A stretch of DNA of 63,940 bases, the filler included, from Polymyxa betae A26-41 (lineage: Eukaryota > Protista > Endomyxa: Phytomyxea), in NCBI GenBank assembly GCA_003693705.1. It is 6 parts of 6 records of this genome, joined end to end, with 100 filler letters (N's around TTAATTAATTAA, not from the genome) between each part and the next. Parts side by side here need not be neighbours in the genome. Positions count along the whole stretch, not along the records: positions 30,399 to 47,346 come from RBZT01000444.1; positions 47,447 to 52,401 come from RBZT01000942.1; 4 more parts are not named here. One strand, given 5' to 3'. The translations under genes were made by a program, and so were the position numbers. This document shows, in pieces, positions 35,101-48,229 of this stretch (positions are counted from its first letter, which is position 1; every line of letters begins with the position of its first letter). The notes under the pieces are model-generated. The model saw only the letters and a program-made list of their open reading frames with translations. It made no database searches and was not told where the DNA came from.

Positions 35101-36199
35101 AGCACAATATTTCCAAGCTCAGTCTTCCCCTTTCTCACCAGAAGGACATCGACTGGAATTTCAGAAATGGAAATGGCAGCGACAGTCCTGTTGGAAGCAG
35201 GACGCCAAGCACCACCATCGAGCTCCTCCGATGGTTCCAATACTTCCAGATCGACGTCATGGTTGACGAAGAAGCCTCGAGGGCAGCCTTGGGGGCAGTG
35301 AGGAAAGCGGAGTAACCTTGATGGAGTTAGCAGCAACGGTCGTCCCGGAACGCAATGAGCTGGGCAAAATAGGAATTTTTCTATGAAACTTAGGATTTTC
35401 TTCAAATATGAAGCGACAGCAGCTTGATGGGATCTAAATCTTGCAAAAGTGCGCAAAGGTTATAATATAACGTGTCTACGAATCAGGGATATAGTGAAGC
35501 GCCTTCTTATCTCCAATCTCTTCCTAAACCGGTCAGCCGCCGCCAAAAATCACCGATGGCGAATGACAGCTTAACGGCATCACCCAAGACTCTCTTTATA
35601 TCCGAAGCGATTCATCTCGTGGACAGGGTCGAAACCGCCATTATCCATCTAAGTCTCGCGGGTCGGTCAAGTTTGGCATTTCCTCTACCTATCATGAACG
35701 ACAACGAGGGTTTCGAGAAGATTGAGGCGGAACTGGCAGACCATGAATCCCAACTATTTGAAATATCCACAAAAATAGGGTTTAAGGCAATGCGGACTGG
35801 ACTGCATTGGATATTGCTGTTTTCAAGATTTTTGTCCAAATCCATAATAAACGGCTCTTGTTAAGAAATGTCCGTGGCCGAATTAATACAGTACCTTGTT
35901 AACGAATTTGGGAAACCCCGGTTTGAAAAAGCAATTTGACTGCTGTGTTCATCTCGATCCGGGATAACCCGGATTAACAGCTCGAGGTTGCCTAAAATGC
36001 ATAAAACGGGCCTTCCTGGCCACAGTAGAGAGTGCCATTTTGCCCCCATGTCCATAGTCTAGTCCCGGGTCCTTAGGTAGATTGCTGTTTTTGCAGCCTC
36101 TCATCATCTTTTCATGTTTGGCGAAGATCATCGCTGAAGATACCTGGTCCTTTGTTATACATGCTCCCGCTAAATGGAAAACAATTCCGTGATTATGGG

Positions 36200-38472
36200 T
36201 GTATCGTAACGATCATTGGATAAGGACTAGGATTGTCTTGAACACAGCCGCGTGCCAACCTTCAGCTCGATGGCCTTCACCAGCTCAGGTTTCCGTAAAA
36301 CATTATATTAAAAGTAATCCATGTGTGGTGATCTGGTTAGCGCAGCCCACATACGCTACTTTCTTCCGTACGCAATTAATTCAGATTCAATCTATTTTAT
36401 CGTTTCCATCTGTGATCGACTTTCTTGTACCTCAGATCGGCACAAAGCGCTTTATAGTACCTGCGGGAAAGAGCAGCTACAATATCGAACGACAAACGAC
36501 AGGATCACCAGCAGTCGCGGATGCCGATCGGGAGTTTTCCAAATCGGGGAAGGCCCCCAAACCGATGAACTCTGGGACGATGTCTATGGATTGTCGAACT
36601 GGTAGTTGTCGCAGTTCAAACGTTGCAGGAAACCCTTGTCCGGAAATGATTAGTTTCGCCATGGAGGCGATTGTCTCTGTTCTCAACGAATATGAGTGGT
36701 ATTGCAAAATTCATGATGATGGAATTGCCGACGGATCGATTGACCCGAAAATAAAGCCGCGTTCATTTAAATCGGCGATTCGTATGAATACCCTTACTTC
36801 AACTTGTGAATTGTTGTTAAAGAAGCGCAAAGATGAAGTAGATTCGGAGCAGCTGTTGAGCTGGATGCGCAAAAAAAAATTGGGGAAAACGGAGCCCGAC
36901 CCTGAGTACATGAACACTATTCAGAAGCGTACGTTGGCTGGTATTGTGAAATTTGGCGGCAGTAATGATCCTGAGGATCGTATCCTTCGTCTGTTTACTA
37001 CCTTCAACGAAACCGTGGTTGATAAAGGATGGTCTTCGTCAGCCTCGATGGAAGGGATGGCCGCAAACTGAAAATCCAATGCTTGGTCGAAACTTAGCGT
37101 AATGAACCTACATTGCATCATCTAGCTAAAGATGCTCTTGAAAAGGATCGACGCTTAATCGTCACGAAATCCGGTTCTTCGAGATAGCCTGGCCCGAAGC
37201 AATTTGTGTTCACAAAGTTCGCAAGGCGAAAGAGATTATTGCCGCACGTGATGGAGCCACCAAACGTAAAAGTAGTGCTGGGAAATACAAAGCGGATGGT
37301 AACGAGCTGAAGAACAAAAAATTGAAGCAGAGTAAAAAGCCTATAGCCACTCCAAAAACGAAAGGCAAATGTCTAGAATGTGGGTCTGAAGACCACAAAA
37401 TGGCCCAGCGCTGATCGTCAGCGACAGCTATTAGTGAGTATTAGAGTAACACAAGCAGGCTAAAATTGCGGAAGCAAAAGCCCTTAGAAACACTGGTTCC
37501 AAGTAAACAGGACTCATGATTAAGATCAGGAAAAATGGGGCAATCTAAAATTTCAGACATTGTTGGAAATTCAAGTGAAAACTTCTAATGTGTCATTGTC
37601 ATGCCCAGCGCATTTGGATGATGGCTCTGATATGACCCTAATCCCGAAATCAATGGCACTAGAGGCAGAGAAACCGGAGCCTGAAAATTTCAAGATTCAG
37701 AAACTACCGCAGACAGAGATCGCGACTCTTGCTGATGGTAAAACGTCGTGTGAGTTACATGAGACAATGAATCTCTAGACCTAGTACTGATGATTAGGGC
37801 AGCGCGATAACGATACGAAATCGTAAATGTTACTTATGGGACGTCGCCAACCATGATATCATAATAGGAAGAGACCTTTTGCTAGAAATTGGCATCGCAC
37901 CTGAGCAAGCTCTTGAGATGTCAATTGATTCGATGGAATGTGAGAAGCCCCTTGCAATGGAGAACTAACCAATGAGTTCGGCGCTGATCACGCTAAGGAG
38001 TTGGGAACATCGGAAATGGAATCTGATTATCCTGATATCGGAATTGATACTGATGAAAAATGCAATTGGCAATAAATCGGACGATTAATAAAGCAGTCGA
38101 GAAAAGGCTGCCAATCGAATGGCAAAGCAGGCTAAGAAAGCTCATCATGAAAAATAGGAATCATTTTCGATTGAAAATATCCAATGATCCTCCTGCCTCA
38201 GCCACGCCCTTAAAATGTGAGTTGATTAACAACGCCAGACACATTAAATGTCCAAATTGAAAGTTGAAAAACAGCAGAGTGAATTTCTGGATGAGTTTAT
38301 TAGTAAACACTTGGAATATGGACTGGTTTATGAGAATAGGAATAGCAAATGGGCTTTACCAGCTGTTGTGGTACAGAAACCGGGAAATCGTGGTTATCGA
38401 ATGTGTGTTGATTTACGAAAGGTCATCAAGCAGTGTCATATCACGATATGGCCGATGCCACACCTTGAAGCC
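36200..38472 (+). mobile_element. Degenerate Ty3/Gypsy gag-protease-partial RT
   Basis: Knuckle remnant CLECGSEDH; protease HLDDGSDMTLIP; RT SKWALPAVVVQKPG..YRMCVDLR..WPMPHLE. Multiple stops and frameshifts. Confidence 0.88.
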
Positions 38473-38743
38473 TGTAGCGGTTTTGTCTGGAGAACGCGAC
38501 AAGTTTGAATAAAGTGTTGAATTGGATTGTGTTTAATTGGTGAGAGTAGTTCCGGACTTTCCGGACTCCGAGAGCGACTCAGGTAGTCTCTGCCGCCACA
38601 GGGACACCAGTGGCGAGAGTCGACTCTCCCAGTGGCAATTCGAACTCCGTGGATACTTCCCATGGATCAGTCCGCAGGATCAATCAGCATCGTGGATTGA
38701 CCCAGTTTCATAATTGTCTCTGATATGAGACAGCTATTCTACA
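38473..38743. repeat. LTR-like segment
   Basis: TGTAG...CTACA ends; begins exactly where the RT homology stops; no TSD seen. Confidence 0.4.
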
Positions 38744-38758
38744 CAGTCCAGACTGGTA

Positions 38759-40460
38759 CTCCCTCTGTTCGGAAATAAGAGTCCCATTTCGAAAAACTGC
38801 GCGGATTAAAGTTAAAATAGATTTTACAGTTCAAAGTAAACGCGGAAACTGTAGAATGCATGGAAACGAGTGTTTGCTGAAATTTTCAGCTTCGGCGCGC
38901 AACTCAAAGCTCCAGAATCGTCTAATACCCAATTACAATTTCCAATCATCTTTCGAGGGCACCGCCGCTTCGTGTGAACTTTTTTAGTGTCTGCCTAGCA
39001 TGTCTTTACATTCAGCAGACCCAAACTTGGCGTCTGAAGCGAATTTCTCTTCGGGAAAGTCTTCATCGTCCGAGCGGCAGCCCCGCGACTTCATCGTGGT
39101 TCCTGCTGGCAGAAATGAAAAACAACCTCACTAACGACCAGGGCCGTGTTGTTTACGAACATATTCTGAAGCTGAGATAAAGGAAAGTTTGCTTATGGCT
39201 CAATATTGGAGACGAGTACGAAATTCAATGTGTCTCTGAAGACAGTCAGTCGAATATGGAACCAAGGGCAAAAAAGCTCAGGAAACGGAATACTTTCTGC
39301 TGACTCCAAAAAACGTGGCCGAGTCGGAAGAAGAAAAGCAGTCGTTACTCCAGAGCAAGTGAAACAAATTCCGTTAACGAACATTCGCTCTGTGGCTTCT
39401 GCTTTGAATCTTTCGGCATCAACTGTGTACTCAAGAATCAAAGAAGGGATTCTCAAACCTCATGCTAATGCTCTCAAGCCCTTTCTTACTGACGACAACA
39501 GGATATCACGCTGCGGTTCTGTATTTCCATGGTTATTCGTCACCATCCCATCAACCGATTTTCCAGGACATGATAATGTCGTTCATAGTGACGAAAAATG
39601 GTTTTATATGACCCAAACGACAAAGCGTTTGTATCTGGCTGCGGAAGAGAATTGGCCTACAGAACTTGCAAAAGCAAGCGTTTCATTACCAAAGTTATGT
39701 TCTTGGCGGCTGTAGCCAGACCACGGTGGGATCGATCCAAAAACCTGTGGTTTAATGGCAAATTGGGAATATTGCCATTGGTGTATCAGGAACCGGCCAA
39801 GCGATCCAGTAAAAGTCGCGTTGCAGGAACGATGGAAACTAAGCCAATAGAATCAGTCAATAAGGACGTTATCAGAAAATGCCTTATTGAGCAAGTAATT
39901 TCCAGCAATTGGTTGAAATGGCTTCACCACGCCACAAAAACCATCTTTATTCAGCAGGACAACGCAAAGCCCCATATTAGTCCTTCTGATGAGGATTTCA
40001 ACAATGACGCAAAGAAAGATGGGTTTGACATCAACCAAACCTTACAGCCACAGAACAGCCCAGATATGGATGTGCTGGATTTAGGATTCTTTCGCGCCAT
40101 TCAATCAGTGCAGAATCGAAAAGCGCCAAAAAATATCGACGAGTTGATTCAACCTGTAAATGATGCCTTCTGTGAAATGGACCGAGAAAAGCTGAGCGAT
40201 ATATTTTTAACTTTGCAGCAATGTATGGTAGAAGCAATGAAAGTCAAGGGTGACAACAACTACAAACTGCCTTACATGGGAAAGCAGAGTCTCAGACGCC
40301 AAGGGATTCTTCCTAACACCTTATCCTGAAACGCAGGAGAACTACAGCAGGCAATTGAAGATCTCAGTAGCATTGAGAATGCCTAACATTTATAAATGGG
40401 ACACCCTTTTCTGAGCAAGCCTAAATTGTCCGTGAGACTCGTATTTCCGAACAGAGGGAG
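38759..40460 (+). mobile_element. Full-length Tc1/mariner DD39D (Stowaway-type TIRs), frameshifted transposase
   Basis: TA TSDs at 38757-38758 and 40461-40462; 25-bp TIR CTCCCTCTGTTCGGAAATA(A/C)GAGTC; DEKWFY, IQQDNAKPH and NSPDMDVLDLGFF, with 39 residues between D2 and D3. Confidence 0.96.
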
Positions 40461-40636
40461 TAGTAATTACTGGTCTTATCATTGTATATAATCAGATAGT
40501 GCGCACCATACTGCGTACGGAGGTTTTTAAAACCCCAAATCTGATACATTCCTCCATCAAAAAATACTTCGGGAAACATTTTTTAAAAAGCAGTACTGCT
40601 CATCCTCAAAAACCAAAAAGGTCTCGAAATCCTTAA

Positions 40637-41183
40637 GGGCTCGTTTGGACGCCACGGTAAAATCGGTTTTCACGCAAAAACGACACGTTTGGCTACCAAA
40701 AATCTGGTTTTCGAAAACCGGTTTCTGCTCAATAAAACCGGTTTTACAAAAACCTATTCTGACCTGGTTTTTCATCCTGGAAACCGTTTTTACGAGAAAT
40801 ATTTTTGTATTTTTTTGTTATAACCGTTGTTAGCGACGATGTCTGTGAAACCTGAGGCAGGCAAGATCTCCCGCGTTGTCTGGGACAACGACCGGGACGC
40901 CCACCTTGTGAGTCTTCTGCAACAGCAGACACTCGATGGAAAGCGTGCAGATTCTGGCTTCAAAAAGGAAGCTTGGTCGGCAGTTACCCCACTGTTCAAT
41001 TTGGCGTTCAATACGACCGCGATCAGCTGAAAGCTCGTTACAAACATGTGTGATCCATTTTGTAAGAGTTCATGGTTGCGTTTGGTGCGGCAAAACCGGG
41101 TTGGAACGGAACCGGTTTTGGTAGCGGGCAAAACCAGTTTAGGAAAAACCAGTTTTTTATTTGCGTGGCTTCCAAACGAGCCC
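40637..41183 (+). mobile_element. PIF/Harbinger internal-deletion derivative (Tourist-like)
   Basis: 20-bp TIR GGGCTCGTTTGGA(C/A)GCCACG with TAA TSDs; internal Myb/SANT-like WDNDRDAHLVSLL...GKRADSGFKKEAW. Confidence 0.93.
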
Positions 41184-41259
41184 TAAAAAGACCAATTTTA
41201 TGTTCAACGCTCCATGATTAAGTCCGTAAAATGTTTTTTTTCTCCCAACTCGTTACATT

Positions 41260-42427
41260 TGAACTAGAAAAATGCCAGCATCGACTGCAAAGCATCCACC
41301 GATTTTCGTTGGCCGCTATAAATATGTATATTGGTCAACGTACAGCTACGGTCAACAATACTATGCTGACAATGGCGTAAATCTATGAATCGGCAATGTT
41401 CTTGCCAAGCTGCTGTTGTTGTCGATCCGGGAGGTAACGTTGACCAAGGATTTGATTTCGAGAGAGCATGCCTGCAGAATTGGTTCAGACAATTCCGAAT
41501 CCCCATTGGAAGTCGTTGACGTGATCGAAGTGGTGGATTGTTTGTCAACAGTTATGGAATGTGTCAATTGCTGATCAGATTCGGTTTAGATGAAAGATCA
41601 TGTTGATGATCTGGTTATTTCTCAACGTGCCAAGTCAGCGGACTCTATCTGGATTGCTGTGAAAAATGTAATTGTTTTGAAGTATGGCAGAGTCCCCCTT
41701 TATATGATGGACAAAAAAGTCATATCTCGTGTTGAAACAAGCGCCATTGTGGCCGAAGAGGCGATAGGCTCCAGAATATCGAAAATCCTAATCTTGCTCT
41801 TTCTAAAGATGGAATGGATCCATTTCGGTGTTTCAGCACAGCGGTGTACGACCCATCTGCCCCGACCGCTGCCGTTCAACATCGCCTTGTGGGCTGGTCC
41901 CATGCTGGTCTGAGAAAACTGCTTCGATATCAGGGAGTACATCTGTTTATCGATGCGACATTTAAAGTTGTTCCAGATAAGTTTAAACAGCTTCAAGTAA
42001 TAATGACCAGAGAAGCCGGAAGTGACATGTACTTACCAGTTTTTCATAACCTGATGACTTGCCAAACTTCTTTTCGTACCAGTTCGCTTTGAACCTCTGC
42101 ACCGCTGAAATGGGAAGTTCAATCAAAATCGCTACAGTTATTTGCGATTTCGAAAAAGGGCAAATGAAGGCTTTAAAAGGTACAAAAATATTTCCGTTTA
42201 GGAGTGCTTTACTACATCATGATCTGCTTATCATGGATCAGGAATATTCGGAAATGAAACCTTGATCATTGGCTGCCTGTGCCACTGGAAGCAGGCCAAT
42301 CGCAGGTACCGTAAGTAACTGCACTTTGCTGAGAATATCATCTATCGATTAATGAGTCGTGGCATCCTGGATATTCTAACTGTTATTCCGCATGAGGAAC
42401 TATGTACATTTGGATTTGAGTACATTC
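41260..42427 (+). mobile_element. Degenerate MULE/Mutator transposase
   Basis: LFIDATFKVVP..FKQL, YLPVFHNLMT, VICDFEKG, GCLCHWKQA; truncated by the LTR at 42428. Confidence 0.85.
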
Positions 42428-43080
42428 TGTAAGGTTACCACCTGTGGCGGGGAGCGGCCTCCTCTTGTTGGTTAAACCACCTCCCACTGTTGACGACCTT
42501 GACGATCGTACTCGATCAGTACGATGCGGTTGACTACCTTTCCTGCAATCAAGGCGATCTATTGACAGTCTGTCATAGGCGGACGAAAGATCTGTAAAAA
42601 TAGACCTATATTTATTCCTTAATTTACTGCTAGACTATCGATTAGACCCAATCTTTTACAGGTTCTAGGCCCAGTTAACTTAGCCGATCCAGATCTCCCG
42701 ACATAACGACCTGCACCATGATGGCAACGCAGGAAATACAATCTGCTCGCCGGCATGAAGCGAATCGGGGCCATAGGCATCCTGCAAGGAACCGAAATGA
42801 GACCCAACAAAGCGACCGAAATAGACATGAAGCCGAAACACGAATCGGATCCAAAGGCAGCTCAAGTTCTGCATTCTGTATTGAACGAAACACGCCAGCA
42901 ATACAAAGAAACACTGACTGCGCTGAAAGCAGCAAAAGCAGCAGTGGAAGAAGATACAGAAGACGGTGACAGAAAGACAGCATTAGTCGCAGCCGAGGCA
43001 GAAGCCGAAGAAGCTGAAGACGCCTAGCTCAAGATTCTTCAACATCGTGCCAGCACGAAAATCACTCAAGGCATGACAAT
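42428..43080 (+). mobile_element. Copia 5' LTR (42428-42660), PBS and gag start
   Basis: TGTAAG...TTTTACA followed by GGTTCTAGGCCCAG, resembling the Copia GGTTATGGGCCCAG PBS; gag-like IGILQGTEMRP. Confidence 0.75.
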
Positions 43081-43419
43081 CAAGTGTCCCGATCTGTCAT
43101 CCTTGTTGCGGATGCTCGAACAGCACTTCGAGGGCAAATCGACCGCGGAGGTAATTCAAGTGAAAAGTCGGCTGACGTCGTTGGCGCTGACCGAGAAAGC
43201 TGTCCCAGAAGTGTTCCTCGGTTGATGGGAATTTGGCCTTCGGAATGGCCTTCGGCCTTCGGATTGGCCTTCGCCGCGCACTTTTTCTTTGCCCTTCTAA
43301 TTGGCCTTCTCCGATGTAATTGGCCTTCGGATTGGCCTTTGCACAATTTTGTTGGTTTCCTTATTATAAATCACAGATTCCGGGATTGAAAACTCTCCTT
43401 CTTTTGCTATCTGTATAGT

Positions 43420-46078
43420 ACGGATTTGTGGTTTAACATTTATCGACGGTTTTAATCGGTTCGTTGCCGTGTTCCCGATCAAGCACAAGTCAGACGTGCT
43501 GGCAGCATTTATGGGATTCATCGCATCACTCGAAGTGGAATTTGGACAGCAACGTGTGAGGGAACTTGAAGAGTATACCGGAAACGATTTCAAGGCGTTC
43601 TGCAGAGGCAAAGGCATTCAGCTGATAACAACTCCACCTCATACCCCGCAAAAGAATGGCGTCGCGGAAAGAGCGAATCGTACATTGATGGAAGGAGCTC
43701 GATGCATGAGGCTGGAGGCCAAGATGCCGAGGTCGTGCTGGCCGGAGTCCGTGGTCTACGCCGCCTATATTCGAAACCGATCGTCATCGAGAACATTGAA
43801 CGGAAAGTCCGCGTATGAGATTAGATATGGTGTCCGTCCGGATTTAAACAAAGTACGTGTATTCGGTTGCAAGGTGTTCTGTTATGTCCACAAGTGTAAT
43901 CGGGACAAGCTGGCGAGCAAATCTACTGATGGCCGTTTCATGGGCATTGCCGCAAATCAGAGCGGGTACCTGATTCGCACCAAGGAAGGAAGGTTGACCG
44001 CTTCACGAGAGGTGCGATTTTCGAAAGGCGTGAGCGACGAAAGTGATGAAGACGTGATCGCGCCCGTACCACCTCAGAGACCGGATCGAGCAGCTAGCAA
44101 CGAATCACAGGCCGTACTGGACCATATCAATGAGACTGATTGCGCAATTCAATTCCGGAGGAGAAGACGACTGAAACTGAGAAGATGGCAAGTGACTCCG
44201 AGGGTTCTTCTGACACGGAATACTATGATGTACTACCTGATGGAAAAGAGAGGCCGAAACGGAAGTGGACAAAACCCTTGCGATATTGTGAGGAATATTC
44301 GGGATTCTACAGTTCTAAGGAGGCGAAAAGATGTCGGTTATTGGCGATGTGTGAGCCGAAAAGTTATGAAGAGGCGATTTCATGCAGTCAGGTTGAAGTA
44401 TGGAAGCAGTCCATGAGAGAGGAGTTGGAGAGCCTACGGAGGAACGAGACCTGGAACCTGGTTGAAAAGACTGAAGGTGTGAACATTGTGGGAAGTAAGT
44501 GGGCCTACAAGATCAAGCTCGACCAGGAAGGGCAGCCGACCCAGTATAAGTCAAGATTGGTCGCGAAGGGTTACAGCCAGAAGTACGGGGTGGATTATGA
44601 TGAGACATTCGCTCCAGTTGTTTCGAAGGTCGCGTTCCGCAACCTGTTTGCCATTGCAGCCTATCTTGGTGTCGAAATGCACCATACGGACGTGAAAACG
44701 GCATTCCTGAACGCGGAATTAAATGAGGTGATCTATATGGAACAGCCACAAGGTTATGTTCAGCGAGAACCGAACGGAGAAGAATTTGTGTGCAAGATAA
44801 AGAAGGCGATCTACGGTCTCAAACAGGCCGGAAGACGGTGGTGGCTGACAGTTACCGCATTTCTTGAATCGATTGGGTTTAGGAAGTGCGTGATGGATGG
44901 ATGTCTGTTGATTCGACGCAAGAAAGACGAGTTTGTTATTTAGGCCTTGTATGAGGACGACCTCGCTATAGCAGCGAAAAATCCAAGTCATCTACAATCT
45001 GTCAAGGCAGCACTGATGAACCAGTACCAGATGAAGGACCTGGGAAAGTTAACATTTGCATTGGGCATTCGCATTGACCAAGATATTTGCAGACGACAAA
45101 TAACGATGTCTGTAGGATCATATATCGAGCAGACACTGGCGGTATTGGGCATGTTAAACTGTAAACCTGAATCAACACCATGGAAAACGTACGAAAACAC
45201 GCAGGGGTCAGACGTGAAGGAGATTTCATTTCCTTATCGGGAGTGCATCGGCAGACTGAATTTCATTGCATCAACGGCGCGTCCTGACATTGCAGCAGCA
45301 GTTAACATGTGCGCACGCAACGTGGAGTCGCCTACGCAGAAAGATGTGAGAGCAGCGAAACGTAGACTGAGATACCTGCAAGGCACTAAGGATTTGGGCA
45401 TCAAGTTTGACGGATCTGGAGAGCCAAACCTCTCGGTTTTCACGGACGCAAGTTATGCAGATCTAGGTGACCGTAAATCGACAAGCGGATACATTGTGAT
45501 GTTTGGAGGGCCTGTAAGCTGGAGCTCCCGCAAGCAGCAAAGTGTGGCATTATCAACATCGGAGGCGGAATTCGTAGCAGCAGCAACGGCAGTCCGCGAG
45601 GTAAAAATGGATTGCGCATCTGATTCGCGAACTAGGATTTGGTTCTGATCAGCCTGTGCATGTTTGGGAGGATAATCAAGCAACAATCGCTCTGATTGAG
45701 AACGAGTCCGCTATCCAACGAACCAAGCCCATAGACGTGAAGTTTCAGTTTATACGTGACGAAAAATGTAAGGAAACTATCACCATCAGTTATTGTCCGT
45801 CACAGGAAAACATTGCAGACATATTGACGAAACCGATCTCTTCCATCCGATTCGAGAAACTTCGCAGCCGATTTATGTGTCGCAACGGGTTCAGCAAGGA
45901 GGGTGTTGGAATATTCCAGCATTAGGTTCCACGGTTCCGTGGCGCTTCTCCGTTGCGGACTTTGGAACCTTCCAATGGGTAGTGTCCACGTTCTACAATT
46001 GTCGGAAATAAAACAGTTCGCAATTTCCAGCCATCGTCTCGTCAGCGTTTTCGAGTAAATTGGAGTGCAATTTCTACA
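43420..46078 (+). mobile_element. Copia INT-RT-RNase H (disrupted) with PPT and 3' LTR 45904-46078
   Basis: PQKNGVAERANRTL, VRVFGC, YKSRLVAKGY, DVKTAFLN, YGLKQA, RKSTSGY, ADILTKP. TAG at 44941 and frameshifts. AAGGAGGG, then TGTTGG...TCTACA. Confidence 0.95.
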
Positions 46079-47446
46079 GTTAAAAGGTAAGTGTAACATC
46101 TTAGATCGTAGTAATTGCAAAACTTTCATCTCTCATAAATCCATGGAAGATTCTTCGCTTGAAGTCAATACCATTAGGGAAGATTCGTCGCTGGAAGTCG
46201 GTACCGCTGGCCTAAAACTAATCCAATTAGGAAAATAGTGCACTGGCGTCCTGCAATAAGAGTCCTTTTTGCAAACTCAACGGGGAAGAGACCGCTGCGA
46301 TATTGTACGTTGGGCATGGCGGGCAGAATTTGGTTGATTGGATATACCAGCAGGTCTAGCCCTGGGACCATTTTCTGGTCTAATATGTTGGTTGTTTCTC
46401 TCACGCTATCAAATTGAGCGAATAAAATCTCACTGCTGATAACAGCTGTACATAGCGATCAGCAAAAAGGTCGTCGTTGTACAAATTGAGCAATCATTGG
46501 ATCTTGCCTCAGCATTTCTTGGTAATTCAATGGACCGACGAACATGGTCTGAAGCCGGAAACCCTTCTCCATTAACCTCGGACGGAATCAATTTAAAGGT
46601 AGACATTCTTCTCATGCGAGGGCCGCTTTCATGATAGAGTTTAATCTGACAAACATTTCGATTTTAGATAAATTACAGTGTCTACTTTTTAGAGATCATA
46701 CGGAGTTTTAGGGGTGAGAACATCCCCGCTGCTCAAATCGAAGCATACATCGATACCACGTTCAAGCAATTTCCTCTGGGCTGTATACCTGGAATCATTG
46801 GTTAACTCTCATATTGCTGCCAGCTGTATCTTAGAATTTAACCTTTAATATTTTAGCGTATCTTTAATTGTGTTCGTAACCTGGTCCCCACCCCGGCTTC
46901 CAGTAAACAATTTTATCTCCTGCACGCATCCAAACTGAATTCATGCTATAAATTGATGGATTATTTGGCAACGCAAAGTCATAATTTGGAGGCGCAGTGT
47001 CAACCATGGACATCCTCTCAATTCGATCTTGCTTGCAGAGCTCTAATTGGGCTTGAAAGCGTGCTACCATCCCTCTCAATAATCTCTAATTAAAAATATA
47101 CTTCAGATAGTCACCTTCGCGATCTGTTTGGTATCCATCGTTTTCTGTTTGTGGTGAATCAGCAGCTGATCTCCAAATGTTATTAAGATAACAACAGTAA
47201 TTAAATCCACATTACCTTGACGATCAGCCAATAAATCATCGGCTCTCGCACAATGTCTTGTTGAATAGCATCAACAATGTCAGTCATGTACGAATTGTCC
47301 AGTTGATTTTTGGAATTACAGCAGCTACAACGTGTATCAGATTTATNNNNNNNNNNNNNNNNNNNNNNNNNNNNNNNNNNNNNNNNNNNNTTAATTAATT
47401 AANNNNNNNNNNNNNNNNNNNNNNNNNNNNNNNNNNNNNNNNNNNN

Positions 47447-48229
47447 TCTCAACTAGAGAAGTATACAGCCGATACGTTCGCTCAGCGCAATCAACCGCCA
47501 CCCCCGCCCATCCACATCACGGCCGAAGACCAACAGTACTATGAAGTTGAAAACATTTTGGACTCACGCTATTATAGGTCACAACTTCAGTATTTTATTC
47601 ACTGGAAAGGCTTCGGAATCCACGAACGAACCTGGGAACCCGCCGCATCATTGGACCCGACTCCCGCACTGCAGAACGAGATCGATGCCTTCCATCGGCG
47701 ACACCCTGACCGGCCAGGACCCGCTCTGACTAATCGCTCCAGGCCTAAGAGGGGGGCGATGTCATGCCCATTGAGCATGACAGTACTCGCAGCCGCCCAG
47801 CCGACCACCAGGCAGTCGTACTGGCCCTTCCTGAGGGGCTGCGCAGAGGGCTGCGCCCCTGCTGACGATTCCTATAGGGGAAGAGCCCTAACTGTCACGG
47901 ACTGCGCGGGTCCCCTCGTCTCCCTACTATGAATGGCGAGGAGCGGCCTCCACGCAACCATTCCGATCAACTCCAAAATTCATACGTTTCTCATCTCGTC
48001 TCCGACTCTCTATTGCTTCGTTCTCTCGCCTCGCCTCGCCTCACCTCCGACTCCCCTCCGACNNNNNNNNNNNNNNNNNNNNNNNNNNNNNNNNNNNNNN
48101 NNNNNNNNNNNNNNNNNNNNNNNNNNNNNNNNNNNNNNNNNNNNNNNNNNNNNNNNNNNNNNNNNNNNNNNNNNGTCATCGCACCGCTTATCTAACTAAT
48201 AAAAGGGGACTTTTTACTCGATCCTAACA
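47447..48229 (+). mobile_element. Chromovirus 3' end: chromodomain, PPT and LTR (47760-48229, gapped)
   Basis: YEVENILDSR...QYFIHWKGFGIHERTWEP...IDAFH chromodomain; LTR matches 30469-31017. Confidence 0.95.
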
